From assembly GCA_963825065.1 (NCBI GenBank), contig CAWGRU010000008.1, positions 65,705 through 129,704 on the forward strand: a DNA stretch of 64,000 bases, read 5' to 3'. Positions 59,272 to 64,000 of this stretch are shown here, in pieces. Position 1 is the stretch's first letter, and each line of letters begins with the position of its first letter. The DNA comes from an uncultured Gemmatimonadales bacterium (GTDB lineage: Bacteria; Gemmatimonadota; Gemmatimonadetes; Gemmatimonadales; GWC2-71-9). The notes beneath the pieces were generated by a model. That model was not told the origin of the DNA. It ran no database searches and saw only the letters and a program-made list of their open reading frames with translations. The position numbers and the translations under genes were made by a program.

Positions 59272-59762
59272 TCGCGCCCCCGGTGCGACAGCGCACGGGC
59301 GACTTCCCGCTCGGCGTCGCGCTTCTTGAGATCCTCGCGGCGGTCGTGGTACTTCTTGCCGCGTCCCAGCGCGAGCGTCACCTTGGCCACTCCGTTCCTG
59401 AAGTACAGCTCCAAGGGGACGAGCGTGAGCCCCTTCTGTTCCACCGCCCCGATGAGCCGTTCGATCTCCCGGCGCTTGAGCAGCAGCTTGCGCGAGCGCA
59501 ACGGATCGTGATTGTAGCGGTTTCCCTGTGCGTAGGGCGTGATGTTGACGCCCTCGAGGAAGACCTCGCCGTTGGCGACGCGCGCGAACCCTTCCTTGAT
59601 CGACGCCTTCCCGTTGCGCAGCGATTTCACTTCGGTGCCGGTGAGCACCAGGCCCGCCTCCCACGTCTCGATGATGTGGTAGTCGTGGGTCGCCTTGGGA
59701 TTGCGGGCGACCTGGATCCTGCCCTCCTCCTCGGAGGTGGCGGGGCGCGCGCGGGTCGTCAT
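59268..59762 (-). CDS. smpB: SsrA-binding protein SmpB
   Basis: 164 aa from ATG 59762. 'NPKATHDYHIIETWEAGLVLTGTEVKSLR' and 'RKLLLKRREI'. Confidence 0.9.
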   Translation of the reverse strand: MTTRARPATSEEEGRIQVARNPKATHDYHIIETWEAGLVLTGTEVKSLRNGKASIKEGFARVANGEVFLEGVNITPYAQGNRYNHDPLRSRKLLLKRREIERLIGAVEQKGLTLVPLELYFRNGVAKVTLALGRGKKYHDRREDLKKRDAEREVARALSHRGRE

Positions 59763-59820
59763 GTAACCCGAAGATAGACAGGAAGTTGGGCTGGGGGGAA
59801 GACGGGAGCAGAAACGACAC

Positions 59821-59842
59821 GGGCGGACCCGGAAGTCCGCCC
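59821..59842 (-). terminator. Hairpin downstream of tRNA-Leu
   Basis: GGGCGGAC-ccggaa-GTCCGCCC, an 8-bp stem 14 nt beyond the tRNA 3' end. Confidence 0.45.
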
Positions 59843-59855
59843 GCATGTCTTGAAG

Positions 59856-59939
59856 TGCCGAAGGGGGGACTCGAACCCCCACGGGCTTGCGCCCACTGCG
59901 CCCTGAACGCAGCGCGTCTACCAGTTCCACCACTTCGGC
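59856..59939 (-). tRNA. tRNA-Leu (anticodon CAG), class II with long variable arm
   Basis: Hand-folded. Acceptor GCCGAAG/CTTCGGC, anticodon stem GCTGCG/CGCAG(T) with loop TTCAGGG, a long variable arm, and T-arm GGGGG-TTCGAGT-CCCCC. CCA is not encoded. Confidence 0.9.
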
Positions 59940-60028
59940 GTCGGGGGACAAACTACCGGGTGCAGGTGGCCGACGTCAACCGTGATCGATCGGGTGCACA
60001 GACGACCAGTCGTGGTGCGCGCCGCTGC

Positions 60029-61171
60029 TCAGTAGCGCGCCATCGTGGGATCCACTTCAACGGCCCAGGCATCGATTCCGCCAGCGAGGCTCCGCGCATG
60101 GGAGAACCCGGCACCACGGAGCAGTTCGACCGCCTGCAGCGAACGCGTCCCGTGATGACAGAGCACCACCAGGTCTCCGCGAGAGTCGAGTTCGGCGAGA
60201 CGCGCCGGCAGATCGCGCAGCGGAATCAGGGTGGAGCCGGGCAGGTGGACGATCTCGAACTCGTGCGGCTCGCGGACGTCGAGGATCTTCACCCGGCGAC
60301 CCGCCTGCTGCGCCGCATGCAACTCTGCCCCGCTGATCTCGGGACCACTCGCCGCCGCGGCGGCACCAATGCCGCAGAAGGCCTCGTAGTCGATCAGCCG
60401 GGTCACCGTGGGTGACGGGCCGCAGACAGGGCACGCCGGGTCCTTGCGCAACTGCAGCTCCCGGAATCGGAGCCGCAGCGCGTCGAACAGCACCAGTCGT
60501 CCGACCAGTGGCTCGCCGACGCCGAGAATCAGCTTGATCGCCTCGAGGGCCTGGAGGCTGCCGATGATACCGGGCAGCACCCCGAGGACGCCGCCTTCGG
60601 CGCAACTCGGTACCAGCCCTGGTGGTGGCGGCTCGCTGTAGAGGCAGCGATAGCAGGGCCCCCGTGCCGCATCGAAGACCGAGACCTGACCCTCGAAGCG
60701 AAAGATGCTCCCGTAGACGAGCGGCTTGCCGAGCAGCACCGAGGCGTCGTTCACCAGGTAGCGGGTGGGAAAGTTGTCGCTCCCGTCGATGACGACGTCG
60801 TACTGGCTCAGGATCTTCATGGCGTTCGCCGAGCCGAGCCGCAGCGGATGCGGCACCACCCGGACCCCCGGATTGAGATCGGCGAGACGAGCGATCGCGG
60901 AGTCGAGCTTGGGGCGGCCGACCTGGGCGGTGCCGTGCAGGACCTGTCGCTGCAGGTTGGTGAGATCCACGGCGTCGAATTCGACGAGGCCCAGGGTGCC
61001 CACGCCCGCCGCCGCCAGATACAGCAGGATTGGCGAGCCGAGGCCACCGGCCCCGACGACCAGCACCCGGGCCGCCTTGAGCTTCCGCTGCCCCTCCACA
61101 CCGACTTCGGGGAGGAGCAGATGGCGGGAGTAGCGGAGGATTTCCTCGTGGGCGAGATGGGGAAGCGTCAC
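60029..61171 (-). CDS. moeB: ThiF/MoeB-family adenylyltransferase with C-terminal rhodanese domain (MoeZ/MoeBR type)
   Basis: 380 aa from GTG 61171, after GGAGGG. 'RYSRHLLLPEVG', the nucleotide loop 'VLVVGAGGLGSP', CxxC pairs 'CYRC' and 'CPVC', and the rhodanese active-site loop 'CHHGTRS'. Confidence 0.85.
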   Translation of the reverse strand: MTLPHLAHEEILRYSRHLLLPEVGVEGQRKLKAARVLVVGAGGLGSPILLYLAAAGVGTLGLVEFDAVDLTNLQRQVLHGTAQVGRPKLDSAIARLADLNPGVRVVPHPLRLGSANAMKILSQYDVVIDGSDNFPTRYLVNDASVLLGKPLVYGSIFRFEGQVSVFDAARGPCYRCLYSEPPPPGLVPSCAEGGVLGVLPGIIGSLQALEAIKLILGVGEPLVGRLVLFDALRLRFRELQLRKDPACPVCGPSPTVTRLIDYEAFCGIGAAAAASGPEISGAELHAAQQAGRRVKILDVREPHEFEIVHLPGSTLIPLRDLPARLAELDSRGDLVVLCHHGTRSLQAVELLRGAGFSHARSLAGGIDAWAVEVDPTMARY

Positions 61172-61180
61172 CAGCCCTCC

Positions 61181-61211
61181 AATAGAAGCGCCCGGCCACC
61201 GGGCCGGGCGC
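61181..61211 (-). terminator. Intrinsic terminator downstream of the Rrf2 regulator gene
   Basis: GCGCCCGGCC-(4-nt loop)-GGCCGGGCGC, a perfect 10-bp stem followed on the minus strand by TTCTATT. It ends about 10 nt before the moeB start. Confidence 0.55.
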
Positions 61212-61241
61212 AGGGTTCGATTCCTTCGAGACCGATCGGCG

Positions 61242-61700
61242 TCAGGCCACTGGCGAAATCGCCACCAGTTCCTGAACCTGGGTTTCGTGCTTCATGAGAT
61301 CGGCCAGCGCGATGCTGCCGAGCAGCTCGTCCACGCGGAACTGCAGTGCCTGCCAGACCGGACGGATGCTGCAGGCGCTGCCGGTACTGCAGCGCTCCAC
61401 GTCCACCGGATGGGACTCGCAGTTCATTTCGAAGGTCTGGTGTTCCGACGCGGTCATGATGTCGCGCATGGTGATCGCGGAGGGCTCCTTGGCGAGGTAG
61501 TATCCGCCCTTGGCTCCCCGCACGCTCTCCACCAGCCCCGCCCGGCGGAGACGGAGCAGGATCTGCTCGACGTAGTCCCCCGGCAGCCGCTCCTGCTCGG
61601 CGATTTCCCGGGCCGCAACGGGCCCGCTCCCGGCCGCCCCGCGCTTGGCGAGGTGGATCGAGATGATCAGGCTGTATTCCGTCCATGTCGTGATCCGCAT
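61242..61700 (-). CDS. Rrf2-family transcriptional regulator (IscR/NsrR-like, cysteine-containing)
   Basis: 152 aa with a winged-HTH N-terminus 'TEYSLIISIHLAK...IAEQERLPGDYVEQILLRLRRAGLVESVRGAKGGYYL' and a Cys cluster 'C..(9)..C..(5)..C'. Confidence 0.85.
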   Translation of the reverse strand: MRITTWTEYSLIISIHLAKRGAAGSGPVAAREIAEQERLPGDYVEQILLRLRRAGLVESVRGAKGGYYLAKEPSAITMRDIMTASEHQTFEMNCESHPVDVERCSTGSACSIRPVWQALQFRVDELLGSIALADLMKHETQVQELVAISPVA

Positions 61701-61733
61701 GGCAGAACAATATGTGCCGGACCCGGGCTAGGC

Positions 61734-61757
61734 AAGAAAGAAAACGGCCGGCGGCCG
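61734..61757 (-). terminator. Short GC hairpin plus T-tract downstream of aspA
   Basis: On the minus strand, CGGCC-gcc-GGCCG is followed by TTTTCTTTCTT. Confidence 0.4.
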
Positions 61758-61813
61758 CCTCCGGCGCTTAATTGAATATTCACGTGGCTTTCCCGAATTC
61801 TCCACGGTAACCG

Positions 61814-63232
61814 TCACCCACCTCCCGGCAGCCCGACCCCGCCCGGGACGCCGATCTCCGTCATGGCCCGGAGGTCGAGGACCTCCTCCAGTTCCTTGCC
61901 GACAAGCAGCCCCTTCTTGACCACCAGCTCCTTGACCGTCAGCCCGGTGGCGATCGCTTCCTTGGCGAGCTTGGCGGATTCGGCGTAGCCGAGCCTGGGG
62001 GCGAGCGCGGTCACCAGGGCCGGGCTCCGCTCCAGCCAGTAGGCGCAGAGCTTCTCGTCGGCTTCGATGCCGGCCACGCAGCGTTCCGCGAACACCCGGG
62101 TGGCGTTGCCGACGATGGTCAGCCCGAACACGACGTTGTGGGTGATGACCGGCATCATCACGTTCAATTCCAGTTGGCCGGCCTCGACCGCCATCGCCAC
62201 CGTGGTGTCGAGCCCGAGGGCCTGATAGCAGACCTGGTTGACCATCTCCGCGATCGAGGGATTCACCTTGCCCGGCATGATGCTCGAGCCGGGCTGGACC
62301 GCCGGCAGCAGGATCTCCGCCAGCCCGGTCCGGGGGCCGGAGGCGAGCAGGCGGATGTCATTGGCAATCTTGTTCAGGTCCAGCACGTAGGCACGCAGCG
62401 CGCCACTCACGGTGGCGATGTCGCCGAGCGACTGCATGAGCTGGATGCGATCCTCGCCCACGGCGAGTTCGAGTCCGCTGACCTGCTTCAGGTACTTCAC
62501 CATCAGCGCCGGGTAGGCCGCCTCGGCGTTCAGCCCGGTGCCGACCGCCGTGCCGCCGATTCCGAGCGCGCGGAGCCAGTCGGCCGCCTGGGCCAGCTTC
62601 TGCCGGTGACGGTGCACGGTGTGGCCGTAGGCGGTGAACTCCTGGCCGAGGCGGATGGGGGTCGCGTCCTGCAGGTGAGTGCGGCCCGACTTGATGACGT
62701 GGTCGAACTCCTGCCCCTTGGCGAAGAAGGCCGCGGCCAGCCGGTCGATGCCCTGCAACAGCCCCGGCAGGGTGGCGAGGGTGGCGAGGCGCATGGCAGT
62801 GGGAATCACGTCGTTGGTGCTCTGAGCCATGTTGACGTGATCGTTCGGATGCACCGGCGCGTAGCTGCCGCGCGGGGCGCCGAGCAGCTCGTTGGCCCGG
62901 TTGGCGAGCACCTCGTTACAGTTCATGTTATGGGAGGTCCCGGCCCCGGCCTGGTAGACGTCGACGACGAACTGGTCGCGATGCAGGCCGGCCAGCACCT
63001 CGTCCGCGGCCCGCACGATCGCGTCGGCGAGCTTGCCATCCAGTCGACCAGTCTCCTTGTGGGTCAGCGCGGCGGAGCGCTTTATCCAGATCACCGCGTC
63101 GACGAAAGCGGGCAGCGGGCGGAGTCCGGAAATCGGGAAATTCTCGACGGCGCGAACGGTCTGGATGCCATAGAGGGAATCGGTGGGGACCGCCTTCTCG
63201 CCGAGGGGGTCTTTTTCGAGTCGCGTGGTCAT
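61814..63232 (-). CDS. aspA: Aspartate ammonia-lyase (class II fumarase/aspartase family)
   Basis: 472 aa from ATG 63232. 'EKDPLGEKAVPTDSLYGIQTVRAVENFPISG' and the signature 'GSSIMPGKVNP'. AspA versus FumC is judged from the N-terminal pattern only. Confidence 0.75.
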   Translation of the reverse strand: MTTRLEKDPLGEKAVPTDSLYGIQTVRAVENFPISGLRPLPAFVDAVIWIKRSAALTHKETGRLDGKLADAIVRAADEVLAGLHRDQFVVDVYQAGAGTSHNMNCNEVLANRANELLGAPRGSYAPVHPNDHVNMAQSTNDVIPTAMRLATLATLPGLLQGIDRLAAAFFAKGQEFDHVIKSGRTHLQDATPIRLGQEFTAYGHTVHRHRQKLAQAADWLRALGIGGTAVGTGLNAEAAYPALMVKYLKQVSGLELAVGEDRIQLMQSLGDIATVSGALRAYVLDLNKIANDIRLLASGPRTGLAEILLPAVQPGSSIMPGKVNPSIAEMVNQVCYQALGLDTTVAMAVEAGQLELNVMMPVITHNVVFGLTIVGNATRVFAERCVAGIEADEKLCAYWLERSPALVTALAPRLGYAESAKLAKEAIATGLTVKELVVKKGLLVGKELEEVLDLRAMTEIGVPGGVGLPGGG

Positions 63233-63281
63233 GGGCAGGTGTCGTTTGCCGTCAGCCGACAGCCGTGAGAGATGGGAGTCT

Positions 63282-63611
63282 GTGTCTACGAACTTCAAGC
63301 CAGTCGGAGCGGCCCAGGGCTTCAGCGCCGACAAGAGCACCAAGGCAGACCTGTTCTCGGGCGGCCGACTCTTCGTCGGACTCAACTGTTTCGAGCCAGG
63401 GCAGAGCCAGCACGTCCACGCCCATGTGGGTGCGGACAAATTTTACTTCCTCGTGTCGGGAAAGGCGAGGATGCTCGTGGGCACAGAGTCCGCCGTGGCG
63501 CAAGCGGGTGACGTCGTCTGGGCACCGGCCGGAGTGCCACACGGTGTGCTCGAGGCGATCGAGCGCACGGTCATGCTGGTGGCGATGGCGCCGCCACCGA
63601 AGGCCGGATAG
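63282..63611 (+). CDS. Cupin-domain protein
   Basis: Cupin motifs 'GQSQHVHAHVGADKFYFLVSG' and 'GDVVWAPAGVPHGV'. Start is tentative at GTG 63282; the in-frame ATG 63231 would overlap the divergent aspA start. Confidence 0.6.
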   Translation: MSTNFKPVGAAQGFSADKSTKADLFSGGRLFVGLNCFEPGQSQHVHAHVGADKFYFLVSGKARMLVGTESAVAQAGDVVWAPAGVPHGVLEAIERTVMLVAMAPPPKAG

Positions 63612-63620
63612 GGGCAGCGA

Positions 63621-64000
63621 TCAATCGCGGCTTCCGCCGCGCCGGCGGGTGACAGCCGCCCACAGGGGCTCGAAGCCGAAGGCATGCAGCGCCAGCACGA
63701 TGCCCAACAGCGCCCCGGCTCCGACGGTGTAGAAGCGCCACGCGACCAGGAGCCCCGCTTCTCCCGGGCCGAGAGGCCCGGCCGCTCCCGACAGGAATGC
63801 CAGATCGACCGGCCCGACCCCGGCGGGCGTCGGCAATACGAGCTGGCTGTAGAGCAGCACGAAGCTCCCCACCATCAGCACCCCGAAGGGCGGGTGCCCA
63901 GGCAAAGTCAGAGCGAGCGCCGGCAGCATGAGGGTGCGGCAGGCGACGTTGATGAACGACGTCGGTACCCCCGTGGCAACGGGCCAGCGCGGCATGCTGC
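63621..64000 (-). CDS. C-terminal part of a polytopic membrane protein (UPF0104 / lysylphosphatidylglycerol-synthase-TM-like); N-terminus outside the window
   Basis: Hydrophobic helices, including 'PAGVGPVDLAFLSGAAGP' and 'LLVAWRFYTVGAGALLGIVLAL'. The frame stays open to the window edge. Family assignment is from memory. Confidence 0.45.
   Translation of the reverse strand, partial: SMPRWPVATGVPTSFINVACRTLMLPALALTLPGHPPFGVLMVGSFVLLYSQLVLPTPAGVGPVDLAFLSGAAGPLGPGEAGLLVAWRFYTVGAGALLGIVLALHAFGFEPLWAAVTRRRGGSRD

Noticed and set aside
59856-59939. tRNA-Leu as a possible genomic-island integration site.
   Set aside because: There is no integrase, no direct repeat of the tRNA 3' end and no compositional shift nearby. 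The flanking genes (smpB, a moeB-type gene) are core genes.
60057-61199. 380-aa same-strand alternative frame over the moeB-type gene.
   Set aside because: It is Arg/Gly/Pro/Ala-rich nonsense. The other frame carries the ThiF nucleotide loop, the CxxC pairs and the rhodanese active site.
63183-63281. Upstream in-frame extension of the cupin ORF (track start 63183; ATG 63231).
   Set aside because: These starts would overlap the divergent aspA coding start at 63232 and add a non-cupin Arg/Ser-rich leader. GTG 63282 is preferred but remains tentative.

Overview
This is a GC-rich bacterial core-chromosome window from a diderm organism, shown by Tol-Pal, BamD, an LptD-like protein and TonB-like proteins. 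The protein style fits Gemmatimonadota or Acidobacteriota-type genomes, but the lineage cannot be settled without a database search. I call about 65 protein genes, one tRNA-Leu(CAG), several hairpin terminators and two sigma70-like promoters. All genes except four (ppiD-like, DUF4397, rpmB, cupin) lie on the minus strand, and many are joined by 4-nt ATGA/GTGA stop-start overlaps. Many ORF-track entries carry spurious N-terminal extensions, so I trimmed them to starts consistent with neighbouring stops, signal peptides or conserved N-termini.

Gene order, left to right:
- pilT, accB, pepP, aroQ, and an acidic TPR protein.
- A ppiD-like gene.
- tatA, a small membrane protein, a polyprenyl synthase, a second acidic TPR protein, and hutH.
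- An FN3-like lipoprotein, a TatC::LptD-like fusion ORF, cpoB-pal-tolB-tolA-like-tolR-tolQ, and a LysM protein.
- A TonB-like protein, a Fae-family protein, ssb, rimI-tsaB-tsaE, and uvrB.
- A frameshifted EVE-domain gene, rel, and radC.
- A DUF4397 lipoprotein.
- secA (three frameshifts), nadD, bamD, and TPR lipoproteins.
- A nucleotide-sugar block (epimerase, uxs, ugd, DegT aminotransferase, LbH acetyltransferase) interleaved with murB and carB, then rmd-gmd.
- rpmB.
- rplQ-rpoA-rpsD-rpsK-rpsM-rpmJ, pyrF, pyrD, a lipoprotein, an amidase, smpB, and tRNA-Leu.
- moeB-rhodanese, an Rrf2 regulator, aspA, a cupin, and a partial membrane protein.

I found no CRISPR array, rRNA, transposase, integrase, phage gene or recognisable defence or toxin system. 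This looks like an ordinary housekeeping region.

The observations most worth a second look:
1. tatC and an lptD-like gene form one uninterrupted ORF, joined by a signal-peptide-like segment.
2. Four frame disruptions (three in essential secA, one in the EVE gene) all sit at short G-runs. This points to homopolymer indel errors, and it lowers confidence in any single-nucleotide-dependent call here, including the fusion.
3. A TonB-like gene has no canonical start codon upstream of its TM helix.
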